Assembly: GCA_016292145.1 (NCBI GenBank)
Contig: JAEFBA010000004.1
Coordinates: forward strand, 435 to 64,434
Length of the DNA stretch: 64,000 nt
DNA from: Saccharofermentans sp.
GTDB lineage: Bacteria; Bacillota; Clostridia; Saccharofermentanales; Saccharofermentanaceae
Direction of reading: 5' to 3'
This document shows positions 51,211 to 61,327 of this stretch, in pieces. A program made the position numbers and the translations under genes. Position 1 is the stretch's first letter, and each line of letters starts with the position of its first letter. Below the pieces are notes generated by a model that saw nothing but the letters and a program-made list of their open reading frames with translations, had not been told where the DNA came from and made no database searches.

Positions 51211-52701
51211 TTAAAGTTCATTCACGAGGTCTCTGAACATATCGCCTCTGTGCTCGAAATGTCTGAAATGGTCGTAGGACGTACCTATAGAAGACATAAT
51301 AACAATCTCTCCCGGTTTTGCCCACTCTCTTGCCTTTCTAATAGCTTCCTTATAAGCATTTACGACGTTATCACGGGTCTTCGGGAACTCGTAAACATCG
51401 CCTTCCTTATCAGGGATCCTGTATATCTCATACGGTCTGCCATGAGCTTCCTTGGCAATGATATCAGTAACAAGGTCAGCATTTGAGCCGTAGATAATGA
51501 TCCTGTCGCAGACCTTAAGAATGGCATCACCGAGCTTGCTGTAAAGGCACTTCTTGTCAGCGCCGCCACAGATAAGAACACCCTTTTCATTTCTTGCTGC
51601 AAGAGCGTTCATTGTATTAAGTGAACGGTTAGGCGATGTGTCAATTGAAGAGTTGTACCACCTTACGCCGTCAAGTTCTCTGATAAACTCGATCCTGTGA
51701 GGAACGCCCTTGAAGTTCTTTGCAACATAGGCAATGTCCTCGGGCTTTACATAATCGATTACCGCGCATGTTGCAGCGAGGAAATTCTCGACATTATGAA
51801 CGCCCGGGATAAAGATCTCGTCCATGCCGCAGATATCGTATTTATCGCCGTTCTCATCATAGATGAGCCTGCCGTCCTCGGTATAAGCCCTCGGATACAA
51901 AGGAGAATCAGATCTCATGACTTTTCCCTTGTTGGCAGAGAAAAGCTTGACTCTTCCTCTTGCAATATCCTTCATCTCAAATGTCAGATCACAGCCTGCA
52001 TTAAGAACGACCTTGCCGACAGGTCCCTGATTCCTGAATGCATTGACCTTAGCCTGGATATATTCATCGTAATCCTTGTGGAAATCCAGATGGTTAGGCG
52101 TGATATTGGTAACGATTGCAACATCAGCCGGAGTGTTCATGCCAAGGAGCTGGAATGAAGACAGCTCCAGAACGACCTTATCTTCGGGCTCGATCTCAGC
52201 AACGCGGTCAAGGAGCGGAGTTCCGATATTACCGCCGATCCAGACCTTGTAGCCTGCGTGCTTTAAGATCTCTGCAGTAAGCGTAGTAGTCGTTGTCTTG
52301 CCGTCAGAACCTGTAATAGCGAAGATCTCGGCAGGACAAAGGTTCATGAAGAGCTCCATCTCTGTCGTGAGAATGGATCCCATCTCCTTTAATGCCTGAA
52401 GTTCAGGTGTCTCAAAGCGCATCTTCGGAGTCTTGAAGACGATATCATAGTGCTCGTCTCTTAAATGCGTCAGATAAGATTCGCCGAGTGACCACTTAAT
52501 ATCAGAGGATATCTCCTTCAAAGCAGCGATATTCCTGCTTAATACAGGGTCTTCCTCAGTCATCTTGTCGCATGCCGTAACATCTGCGCCCAATGAAATA
52601 AGCCACTTGATAAGCGGCGTATTGGATATGCCGATGCCGATAACGGCTGCTTTCCTGCCCTTTATATAGTTCTTGAACTCCTCAAACTTATAGTTAGCCA
52701 T
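51211..52701 (-). CDS. murD: UDP-N-acetylmuramoyl-L-alanine--D-glutamate ligase
   Basis: AITGSDGKTTT, GGNIGTP, LELSSFQL, NITPNHLD.H, GVPHRIE, SYDHF.HFEHRG. Confidence 0.93.
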   Translation of the reverse strand: MANYKFEEFKNYIKGRKAAVIGIGISNTPLIKWLISLGADVTACDKMTEEDPVLSRNIAALKEISSDIKWSLGESYLTHLRDEHYDIVFKTPKMRFETPELQALKEMGSILTTEMELFMNLCPAEIFAITGSDGKTTTTTLTAEILKHAGYKVWIGGNIGTPLLDRVAEIEPEDKVVLELSSFQLLGMNTPADVAIVTNITPNHLDFHKDYDEYIQAKVNAFRNQGPVGKVVLNAGCDLTFEMKDIARGRVKLFSANKGKVMRSDSPLYPRAYTEDGRLIYDENGDKYDICGMDEIFIPGVHNVENFLAATCAVIDYVKPEDIAYVAKNFKGVPHRIEFIRELDGVRWYNSSIDTSPNRSLNTMNALAARNEKGVLICGGADKKCLYSKLGDAILKVCDRIIIYGSNADLVTDIIAKEAHGRPYEIYRIPDKEGDVYEFPKTRDNVVNAYKEAIRKAREWAKPGEIVIMSSIGTSYDHFRHFEHRGDMFRDLVNEL

Positions 52702-52710
52702 GTCTTCTCC

Positions 52711-54432
52711 TTATCCGGATATATACGAAGCATAGAGCTTGCTGTAGAATCCGCCATGTGCGATAAGCTCATCGTGAGATCCGATCTCTGAGACCTTTCC
52801 GCCGTCGATTACGACGATCTTGTCGCAGGACGTGATCTGCGAGAGCCTGTGCGCAATTATAATACTTGTTCTGCCGTTCAGAAGCTTTCTTACGGCTTTC
52901 TGGATACGGTCTTCGGTGACAACGTCAACAGACGATGTAGCTTCGTCCAATATAAGGATCGAAGGATCGGAAGCCATTGCTCTGGCTATTGTCAGGAGCT
53001 GTTTCTGACCTTCGGATATATCATCCCTGTCGTTATCCAACATCTCATTATAACGCTTTGGCAGTTTTCTGATAAAAGAATCGCAGCCGGCCTTTTTGCT
53101 TGCCTCAATAGCCTCTTCTTCGGTAATGTGACTGCCGGAGAACCTGATATTCTCCATAACCGTATCATCTGAAAGCCAGGTATCCTGCGATACGAATCCG
53201 ATATAATGCCTGAGTTCAGACCTAGGAATATCATTTATTGATTTGCCGTTTATAAGGATATCGCCCGAATCAGGCTCGTAGTAGCGCATGAGAAGATTTA
53301 TGAGAGTTGTCTTGCCGCATCCCGTAGGACCTGCAATTGCAAAGGATTCGCCCTTTCCAACCTTAAATGAGATATCCTGCAGGACAGGTCTGCCCTCAAC
53401 ATAGGAGAATGAGACGTTTTTAAATTCGATATCGAACTTAACATCCTTGGAAGGAAGGTCATCACTTACAGGCTCTTCCGGTATCTCAGGGCTGTCTAAG
53501 TACTCGAAAATCCTGGCCAGGCACGCAAAGCTGTCAGAAAGCTCGGTATAAACGGCCGACAAGTCGTTAAAAGGCTTCATGAACTGGTTTGCATAGGCTA
53601 AAAGTGAAGTCAGCGCACCAACCGTGATCGAGCCGCCGATACCTGCAAGACATCCTGTAAGAACAACGCCTGCATAGATAAGGGCATTAACAAATCTTGA
53701 TGAAGGATTGCTAATGGAAGATAAGAATGTAGCTTTTGTCGATGTTTTACGGTATTCGCTGTTTATCCTGTCAAAGCCTTCAATTCTGGTATCTGTTACG
53801 TTATAGAGCTTGCACTCCCTGAAATTATTAACGGATTCAGCAACAAAGGATGTCTGCTTTGATCTGATCTCAGCCTGCTTTGCAAAAGACTTATACGCGC
53901 CTTTCGCGATCGCCGTCGAGACAGCAATGGACACAGGTGTAAAGATTACGACAATAAGCGAAATCTTCCAGTTGATAAGGAACATAACGATCAATGTGAT
54001 GATGATCGTGGCAATGCCTGATGCGAACTGGTTAAGGAAAAGCAGCATACCGTCAGATACGGTCTCAACATCACTTATTATGAAGCTCTGGAGCTTACCT
54101 GCAGACGTTTTGTCGATGTAAGACATCTCTACCCTGTGCATCTTGGAATATGTGGCATTCCTTAAGTTCTGCCCTATTGCATACGCTATGCGGTTATTCA
54201 TCTTAATGAGCGCAAACTGAAGTAACGCTGCAGCGGCGATAAGTCCTGCGATGATGAAGATGCATTTGATAAGTTCATCCATGTCACCGAGATTATCTAT
54301 TGCCCTTCCTGCAAAATAAGGAATGGCAACCGTTGCTCCGCCAAACAGAAGACCGATAATGACAGAAAGCACGACAAGACCTGATGAACCTTTCAGATAA
54401 GAGAATAGACGCTTTAATGACTTAGCATTCAT
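52711..54432 (-). CDS. ABC exporter, fused permease/ATPase (TM288-like subunit)
   Basis: TM domain; GPTGCGKTT, ISEGQKQ, LDEATSSVD, IAHRL. Confidence 0.9.
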   Translation of the reverse strand: MNAKSLKRLFSYLKGSSGLVVLSVIIGLLFGGATVAIPYFAGRAIDNLGDMDELIKCIFIIAGLIAAAALLQFALIKMNNRIAYAIGQNLRNATYSKMHRVEMSYIDKTSAGKLQSFIISDVETVSDGMLLFLNQFASGIATIIITLIVMFLINWKISLIVVIFTPVSIAVSTAIAKGAYKSFAKQAEIRSKQTSFVAESVNNFRECKLYNVTDTRIEGFDRINSEYRKTSTKATFLSSISNPSSRFVNALIYAGVVLTGCLAGIGGSITVGALTSLLAYANQFMKPFNDLSAVYTELSDSFACLARIFEYLDSPEIPEEPVSDDLPSKDVKFDIEFKNVSFSYVEGRPVLQDISFKVGKGESFAIAGPTGCGKTTLINLLMRYYEPDSGDILINGKSINDIPRSELRHYIGFVSQDTWLSDDTVMENIRFSGSHITEEEAIEASKKAGCDSFIRKLPKRYNEMLDNDRDDISEGQKQLLTIARAMASDPSILILDEATSSVDVVTEDRIQKAVRKLLNGRTSIIIAHRLSQITSCDKIVVIDGGKVSEIGSHDELIAHGGFYSKLYASYISG

Positions 54433-56153
54433 GATACGGCGCCTCCCTTCATCTGAAGAGAATTCATATATCTGTAGTTCTCTGAGATCTTAAGCAGCTC
54501 CTCGTGAGGCGCTATTGCTTCGATCCTGCCGTCATCCATGAGAACTATCCTGTCACAGTTCATACATGTCCTGACCTTCTGAGATACAAGGATCGTAGTA
54601 GGCTTTACAGGGAGCTTGGAAAGGTTATTCAGAAGCCTCTTCTCTGTTCCCCAGTCCAATGCGGATGTTGAGTCATCAAGGATAACAAGTCCCGGTCTTC
54701 CCGCAAGAGCTCTTGCTATTCCTATTCTCTGCCTCTGACCGCCGGAAAGTCCTGCGCCTCCGTCTGATATGACGAAGTCCAGTCCTTCCTTCTTGGCAGC
54801 AATTACATCGTCACTGCATGAAGCTTTGCATGCAGAATCTATATCTTCAGAAGTTAATGACGTCCTTCCAAGAGTAATGTTGTCTTTAAGGGAACCTTTA
54901 AATAATCTGGTCTTCTGAAGGCTCATGGCAACAGTTCTTGAGAGGCTTGAAACGGAAATATCCTTGATATTCGTGCCGTTGATATCTACTTCGCCTTCGC
55001 TAGCATTATAGATTCCTGCGATCAGGGCAGCTGCAGTCGATTTGCCGCAGCCTGTGCTTCCGATTATTCCGATAGTCTCACCCGGTTTGATATCTATAGA
55101 AAAGTCTTTAACAGATTCTTCGACATTGCCCTGATAAGTAAATGAGACATTCTTCATTGAAACCGAAAGCGGCGTGTCAGACGGAAGCTCTTCTGCTCCG
55201 TTATTTGCAGTACTCTTGATCTCCATCAGTCCCTCTGCCCTCTTAAGGCACGCATAAGCCCTGGACACTGATACGATAAGATTTGCCAGCTTAACAAGCT
55301 CAATAAGGATCTGGGACATGTAGTTATAGAGCGCAACAACCTGACCGTCAGTTAATGTTCCGGCGTTAAAATGGATGGATCCCCTGTAGATCAAAAGGCA
55401 GATACCGAGATTGACGACTGCATATGTCAAAGGATTAAGCCATGCAGCAAAATCAGCAGCCTTGATCTGCGATATCTTAAGGCTTCCGCTCTTTTGCTCG
55501 AACTTCTCAAAATCATTTTGAGTCTTGTTAAAGCCTCTGATAACACGTTCTCCTGCGATACCGTTGGCAGTCTTCTTTACAAGGCTGTCAAGACCGGACC
55601 TGGACTCCTTATGCCTTAGGATGGAGAACTTCATGTTAAGTGCGATAACAACAGCCAGAAGTGCCGTGCATGCGACAAGTATCAGGGCTATAGACGGTTT
55701 AACAGTTGCTGCCATAATGCAAGCACCGATAACGATAAAAGGAGACCTTAAAAGAAGTCTTAAGAACAGGTTAATGCCTGTCTGGATCTGATTGACATCA
55801 GATGTAAGGAGCGTAACCATACCTGATGAACCGACCTTCTCATAGTCGCTTACAGATAAAGTCTGGAGCTTATCGTGAAGACTCTTTCTGATACCTGAGG
55901 ATATTCCTGTCGCGGAAAATGCCGCGAAATACTGTGCTGTTATTGCACTCGCAAAACCAACGACTGCAAATAACACCAGAATCGGGACATGAGACCATAC
56001 ATAAGCCGCATCGCCCTTCCTTATGCCGTTATCGATAACTCCTGCAACGATCAAGGGAACGATGAGTTCAAAGCATGCTTCAAGAAGCTTAAACACAGGG
56101 CTTAAGATCGATGCCGTCTTATATTTTCCGATATGACTGACTAAAAGCTTCAT
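54429..56153 (-). CDS. ABC exporter, fused permease/ATPase (TM287-like subunit)
   Basis: TM domain; GSTGCGKST, LSGGQRQR, LDDSTSALD (Glu to Asp), VSQK (His to Gln). Confidence 0.9.
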   Translation of the reverse strand: MKLLVSHIGKYKTASILSPVFKLLEACFELIVPLIVAGVIDNGIRKGDAAYVWSHVPILVLFAVVGFASAITAQYFAAFSATGISSGIRKSLHDKLQTLSVSDYEKVGSSGMVTLLTSDVNQIQTGINLFLRLLLRSPFIVIGACIMAATVKPSIALILVACTALLAVVIALNMKFSILRHKESRSGLDSLVKKTANGIAGERVIRGFNKTQNDFEKFEQKSGSLKISQIKAADFAAWLNPLTYAVVNLGICLLIYRGSIHFNAGTLTDGQVVALYNYMSQILIELVKLANLIVSVSRAYACLKRAEGLMEIKSTANNGAEELPSDTPLSVSMKNVSFTYQGNVEESVKDFSIDIKPGETIGIIGSTGCGKSTAAALIAGIYNASEGEVDINGTNIKDISVSSLSRTVAMSLQKTRLFKGSLKDNITLGRTSLTSEDIDSACKASCSDDVIAAKKEGLDFVISDGGAGLSGGQRQRIGIARALAGRPGLVILDDSTSALDWGTEKRLLNNLSKLPVKPTTILVSQKVRTCMNCDRIVLMDDGRIEAIAPHEELLKISENYRYMNSLQMKGGAVS

Positions 56154-56155
56154 GA

Positions 56156-57424
56156 TCAGATATCAGACAACCCCTGCATAAATTTATTAGATTCACGGAT
56201 AACCTCATCCGGATCAATGGTAGTATACTTACCGTCCTCATAAAGGATCTTACCGTCGATCATGGTCATCTTAACTACTGAGTTATCAGCACTGTATACG
56301 ATATTTCTTACGATATTGTTCTCAGGCTGCATCGAAGGCTTATTCATGTCGATCATGATGATATCAGCCTTCTTGCCTTCAGCAAGAACATCTGAATCAT
56401 TAAGGCCCATACACAGAGCGCCGCCTGTAGTTCCTGCCTTAAGGATAGTAAAAGGATCTACTGCTGCGGCATTATGTGTCTCAACATTGGAAAGAACGGT
56501 ATCAAGATACATCTCGCGGAACATTGAAAGCGCATTGTTAGAGCCTGCGCCGTCAGTACCTATAGCGATCTTCATATCCTTTTCGATGAACTTGTAAACA
56601 GGTGTGATACCGCTTGCAAGCTTTAAATTGGAGCATGCATTAAATACGGACCAGAGCCCGCGCTTCTTGAAGATCTCCCTGTCTTCATCCGTAAACCAGA
56701 CGCAGTGGAATCCGCCGCCGCCGAAATCAAAGATACCGAGCTTATCAAAGAGAACTGCAGGCGTTACGCCATATCTTTCCTTACAGCCCTCCACTTCTTC
56801 TCTTGTCTCGGAAATATGTGTAAATACAGGAGCTTCATATTTATGAGCAAGCTCTGACATGAACTTAAGGTTATCTTCGCATGTCGTATATTCGGCATGG
56901 AAACCTAATTTGAAGGATACAAGCGGATCGTAAGAATTAAGTTCGTTATAGTATTTTTCAAGGCTTTCAAAGCCGCCGAAATCATTAGCCGCACCGCAGA
57001 ATACATGTCTGAAGCCTGTCTCGACAGCAGCCCTGGCATTCTCTTCCCTATGGAAATACATATCGAAGCATGCCGTAACACCGCCTGCAAGATATTCTGC
57101 ATAAGCAAGTTTGGAGAACCAGTAAACCGCTTCAGGTGTGAGCTTTGCTTCCCTGGGGAATATTGCCTTATGAAGCCAGTCGTTAAGACAGTATTCATCT
57201 GCCAGAGATCTGGAGAATGTCATGGCAGAATGCGTGTGGGCATTCTTAAGACCAGGCATTAAGAGATTGCCCTTGCAGTCAATCTCACGGTCAAACTTCT
57301 TATCAGAGACGTCAACAGACGGTCCGATATAGCTTATCCTGTCATTATCAGTCCACAGCTCACCTTCGATGATCTTGTCGTCGGTCATCTTGAGGATCCT
57401 GCAATTATAAAAGCGAACAGACAT
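56156..57424 (-). CDS. Metal-dependent amidohydrolase (MtaD/SsnA-like deaminase)
   Basis: PGLKNAHTHSAM, FHAEYT, THISET, HCVW, SNLKLASG, GTDGAGSNN. Confidence 0.88.
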   Translation of the reverse strand: MSVRFYNCRILKMTDDKIIEGELWTDNDRISYIGPSVDVSDKKFDREIDCKGNLLMPGLKNAHTHSAMTFSRSLADEYCLNDWLHKAIFPREAKLTPEAVYWFSKLAYAEYLAGGVTACFDMYFHREENARAAVETGFRHVFCGAANDFGGFESLEKYYNELNSYDPLVSFKLGFHAEYTTCEDNLKFMSELAHKYEAPVFTHISETREEVEGCKERYGVTPAVLFDKLGIFDFGGGGFHCVWFTDEDREIFKKRGLWSVFNACSNLKLASGITPVYKFIEKDMKIAIGTDGAGSNNALSMFREMYLDTVLSNVETHNAAAVDPFTILKAGTTGGALCMGLNDSDVLAEGKKADIIMIDMNKPSMQPENNIVRNIVYSADNSVVKMTMIDGKILYEDGKYTTIDPDEVIRESNKFMQGLSDI

Positions 57425-57444
57425 AAAGTATCCTTTCTATCCCG

Positions 57445-59004
57445 TTATAACAACGGTGCGATAAGTCTTAATATTGATTTGAAGAACCAGACAAACACAT
57501 TTGGCTTCTTCCTGTATTTCTCGGTAACGTCACGGCATTCATCGAACGTGTCAAAGAAATCCTGCTTAATATCCTTGAGACATTCGGTCCTGTACATATA
57601 GACCGCATTCTCAAAGTGATGGTAAAGACTTCTGAAATCAAGGTTAATGGTTCCTACAACAGCGCACTTGTCATCACAGAGGAATGTCTTCGAATGATTG
57701 AATCCCGGTGTGTATTCATAGATCCTGACGCCGCTCGTAATAAGCATGTTGTAATAAGATCTCGTTACGCTGTACGTGAGCTTCTTATCCGGAATGCCGG
57801 GTGTCATAAGCCTTACATCAACACCGCGTTTAGCCGCTATCTGCAAGGCCCTTGCCATCTCATCAGACAAAACGAGATATGGCGACATGATCCAGCAGTA
57901 TTCCTGGGAATTATTGATCATGTTAAGGTAGACATTCTCACCTACCGGCTCATTATCAAGAGGGCTGTCACAATAGGGAACGCAGTATCCCGAAGCGCCT
58001 TTGACCGGAGCGATCGGGACAGCTTCGAACGTCATCATATCGTCGTCCTTCTTCTTCATGTCCGCAAAGTTCCACATCTCAATGAACATTGCAGTAAGAC
58101 TCTGGACAGCAGGACCTTCAAGCCTGATGCCGTTGTCCTTCCAGCGTCCGTACGGATTTACGATATTGAAATACTCGTCCGCGATATTATAGCCGCCTGT
58201 ATATCCTACCTTGCCGTCAACAACTGTGATCTTTCTGTGGTCACGGTTATTCATGAACAACGATACGACCGGATAAGCCGGATTAAACGCATTGCACTTG
58301 ATGCCTTCGGATTCAAGGACTTTTACAAAGTTCCTGTTGATAAAGAGGAACGATCCCACATCATCATACAAGACCCTGCAGTCAACGCCTGCGGCTGCTC
58401 TCTCCTTCAAAGCTTCATGCAAAGGCTCAAATGCTTCCTTGGTCTCGATCGCATGATACTCAAGATAAACATATTCCTTGGCATTCTTGATATCTTCGAT
58501 CTGCGCCTTGTAAGCATCGTAGGCCACAGGATAATATCTGATATCCGTGCCTTGATAGATCGGGAATTCAAAGCCTCTTAAATATCTCGCATTTGAAGCC
58601 CTGGCGGGGTCCTCTTTCTTAAAGTCAGCGAAAATCTCATCGTTATAGTTCAGATGGGAGAAGACCATCATGTCGACCTTCTCAAGACGCCTCTTGATCT
58701 TATGCTTCGAACTCGAAAAGTTATTCAGGACATAGAATAACAATCCGGGCACAGGAAACAGCAGGATCACGATAACCCAGATGAGCTTAAATACGCCGTT
58801 ATGATCCCTTGAATTGATGCCTAAAACAACGATCAAAGCAACGGCTCTCACGGCGATATCAAGCGGCGGAAAATAACTTCCGAGATAATATAAAAGAACG
58901 ACAAAACCTATTATCTGCGCAATTACAAGCAATCCGAAGACAATTATTCTTCCGACACTGTTCTTTATTGCAGTTTTACGTTCTACCGTTCTTTTCTTTG
59001 ACAT
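57445..59004 (-). CDS. cls: Cardiolipin synthase
   Basis: N-terminal TMs; two HKD motifs RDHRKITVVDG and NHSKTFLCDD; GTINLDFRS. Confidence 0.95.
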   Translation of the reverse strand: MSKKRTVERKTAIKNSVGRIIVFGLLVIAQIIGFVVLLYYLGSYFPPLDIAVRAVALIVVLGINSRDHNGVFKLIWVIVILLFPVPGLLFYVLNNFSSSKHKIKRRLEKVDMMVFSHLNYNDEIFADFKKEDPARASNARYLRGFEFPIYQGTDIRYYPVAYDAYKAQIEDIKNAKEYVYLEYHAIETKEAFEPLHEALKERAAAGVDCRVLYDDVGSFLFINRNFVKVLESEGIKCNAFNPAYPVVSLFMNNRDHRKITVVDGKVGYTGGYNIADEYFNIVNPYGRWKDNGIRLEGPAVQSLTAMFIEMWNFADMKKKDDDMMTFEAVPIAPVKGASGYCVPYCDSPLDNEPVGENVYLNMINNSQEYCWIMSPYLVLSDEMARALQIAAKRGVDVRLMTPGIPDKKLTYSVTRSYYNMLITSGVRIYEYTPGFNHSKTFLCDDKCAVVGTINLDFRSLYHHFENAVYMYRTECLKDIKQDFFDTFDECRDVTEKYRKKPNVFVWFFKSILRLIAPLL

Positions 59005-60440
59005 TATCCGATGTTCTCAATAAAGGCTTTATATCCGAGATAGAGATAGTAAAGGTCGATCTTGGAGATTACCTCAACAGGAGCATGCATTGACCATACG
59101 GGAACACCCATATCGACAACGTCCATACCGAGTTCAGCCATTATTGCAGCGATAGTTCCGCCGCCGCCTGCATCGATTCGGCCGAGTTCACCTGTCTGCC
59201 ACGGGATGGAATTCTTCTCGAAGATGTCTGTGATCTCGGCAATGAAATCGCCAGTAGCTTCTGAGCAGCCGGACTTGCCTCTTGCACCTGTATACTTCTC
59301 GATCTTAAGACCGTGGGACATAAATGCAGTGTTATTCTTCTCAAATACTGAAGCGTACTTGGGATCGTATGCTGTCGTGACGTCTGTAGAGAGCATCTTT
59401 GTAGCTGCAAGAGCCTTACGGAACTTAAGTGTATTGAACTTGTCGATGCCGCCCTCAGCCTTGGCAAATACTTCCATGAGGAAATTCTCATAAAGATTGG
59501 ATGTAGCGCCGGAATTAGAGTAAGAACCGATCTCTTCCTTATCAGTAAGGAGGCAGACGCATGTCTTCTTGGGCTTCTCCTGAGCGAGCAAAGCTCTTAA
59601 TGCAGGATAAGCGCAGACCTTATCGTCATGGCCGTAAGCTGCAATATAAGCACGGTCAAAACCAACATCTCTTGCATGAGTAGCGGGAACGATCTCGATC
59701 TCGGCAGATACAAAATCCTTCTCCTTGATGCCGTACTGCTCGAAAAGGATCTTCAGAACACCTGCCTTGAAGATATCAGAAGACTTCTTATCATCTTTGC
59801 AGGGAATTCCGCCTATTACTACGTTAAGGTCTTCAGCAGGAATGAAGTCAGATGCTTTCTTTGTCATCTGCTCATTTCCGAGATGCGGAAGAAGGTCAGT
59901 GATGTAGAATACGGGATCTGTGTCCTTCTCACCTACTACGATCTGATGAGCCTTGCCGTCATTTGTAAATACAACACCGTGCACAGCCAAAGGGATCGTT
60001 GTCCACTGATACTTCTTGATACCGCCATAGTAATGGGTCTTGAAGTAAACAGTGTCGTTATCCTCGTAGATCGGATTGGGCTTTAAGTCCAGTCTGGGCG
60101 AATCGATATGGGCACCAAGGATGTTAAATCCTTCAGCAGGGCTCTTCTTACCGATAACAGCTGCTGCAAAGCCCTTGCCCTTAATGCTCTGGTAGACCTT
60201 GTCACCGGGCTTTAAGGTGTCCTTCGTAGCGATATCGACATAACCGAGGTCTTCGGCAGCTGCGATTGCATTTGCGGCAAATTCGCGTTCTGTCTTGGAA
60301 TTATCCAAAAATGCCTTATATTCCTCGGCAAAATTAAAAGTAGCTGTCATATCATCTTCTGAAGCTACCTCATAAAGGTTGGGAAATTCAGCGAAAAGCT
60401 CGCTTGTCTTGATCTTTTTGGTTTCTTTTTTCTTAGGCAT
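59004..60440 (-). CDS. M18 family aminopeptidase
   Basis: GAHIDSPRLDLK, THYYGGIKKYQW, GHDDKVC, DKEEIGS, GGGGTIA, SMHAP; start set at ATG 60440 behind GAGGTG. Confidence 0.92.
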   Translation of the reverse strand: MPKKKETKKIKTSELFAEFPNLYEVASEDDMTATFNFAEEYKAFLDNSKTEREFAANAIAAAEDLGYVDIATKDTLKPGDKVYQSIKGKGFAAAVIGKKSPAEGFNILGAHIDSPRLDLKPNPIYEDNDTVYFKTHYYGGIKKYQWTTIPLAVHGVVFTNDGKAHQIVVGEKDTDPVFYITDLLPHLGNEQMTKKASDFIPAEDLNVVIGGIPCKDDKKSSDIFKAGVLKILFEQYGIKEKDFVSAEIEIVPATHARDVGFDRAYIAAYGHDDKVCAYPALRALLAQEKPKKTCVCLLTDKEEIGSYSNSGATSNLYENFLMEVFAKAEGGIDKFNTLKFRKALAATKMLSTDVTTAYDPKYASVFEKNNTAFMSHGLKIEKYTGARGKSGCSEATGDFIAEITDIFEKNSIPWQTGELGRIDAGGGGTIAAIMAELGMDVVDMGVPVWSMHAPVEVISKIDLYYLYLGYKAFIENIG

Positions 60441-60511
60441 AAGTATCACCTCTTTCTAATAAACTTATGATACCATAAAGTAAAATAAAATCTTTTAATT
60501 AAGGGGACAAA

Positions 60512-61324
60512 ATGATAACTGACGGACATAATCATACAAAACACTTCTCAGTTGATGCAGGACAGACCATAGATGAGCTGATAAATGAAGCAAAATCCAA
60601 AGGATTTAACAGGATCGGAATCACTGAACACTACGAAATAGACTATGTCGACGACGGCCTTAACTGGATGTTCGACCTTGAAGAATACAACAGGACATTT
60701 GAAGAATGGCGCGCCAAGGCAGGCGATTTCGAGCTCCTCAAAGGCATCGAATTCGGATATCAGACTCATGTTGCCGAAGAGATCGACAAAGTGGCGGCTT
60801 CTATTCCCCTGGATGTGGTCCTGATGAGCGTTCACCTCTTCCGCGGCAAGGATTTCTATGTAGACCGTGACTGCTACAAGATGCCTGCCAAAGAGCTCCA
60901 CAGCGAGTATATAAACATCATGGCCGAGATGTGCGAAAAGTGTAATAACTTCGACGTTGTAGCCCACTACGACTACATCAACAGATATGCGGACAACAAG
61001 AACGATTTCATCACATACGAAGAGACCCCTAAGGAAATAGACAGGCTCTTTGAAGTAATGATCTCCAAGGACAAGGCCCTGGAGATCAATACCAAATCGA
61101 TACAAAAGCATAAAGACGGCGGATTTACGAGATGGCTTCCCGACAGTGCCATACTTAACAGGTATCGCGACATGGGAGGAAAACTTATTACCTTAGGCTC
61201 CGACTCACACTTCCCCGGCACTTTTGCCGTATGCTTTACCGAAGCCGTAGAATACCTGAAATCGTTAGGATTCAAGGAAACCGTCTACTATAAGGATCAC
61301 AAACCGTTTTTCGAATCACTGTAA
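60512..61324 (+). CDS. hisK: Histidinol-phosphatase, PHP family (HisK/HisJ)
   Basis: DGHNHT..S.D, GITEH, GIEFG, SVH, VAHYDY, LEINT, TLGSDSH. Confidence 0.85.
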   Translation: MITDGHNHTKHFSVDAGQTIDELINEAKSKGFNRIGITEHYEIDYVDDGLNWMFDLEEYNRTFEEWRAKAGDFELLKGIEFGYQTHVAEEIDKVAASIPLDVVLMSVHLFRGKDFYVDRDCYKMPAKELHSEYINIMAEMCEKCNNFDVVAHYDYINRYADNKNDFITYEETPKEIDRLFEVMISKDKALEINTKSIQKHKDGGFTRWLPDSAILNRYRDMGGKLITLGSDSHFPGTFAVCFTEAVEYLKSLGFKETVYYKDHKPFFESL

Positions 61325-61327
61325 TTA

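Noticed and set aside
57616-58581. 321-aa plus-strand ORF
   Set aside because: Lies wholly antisense to cls, has no recognisable motif; a shadow ORF from codon bias.
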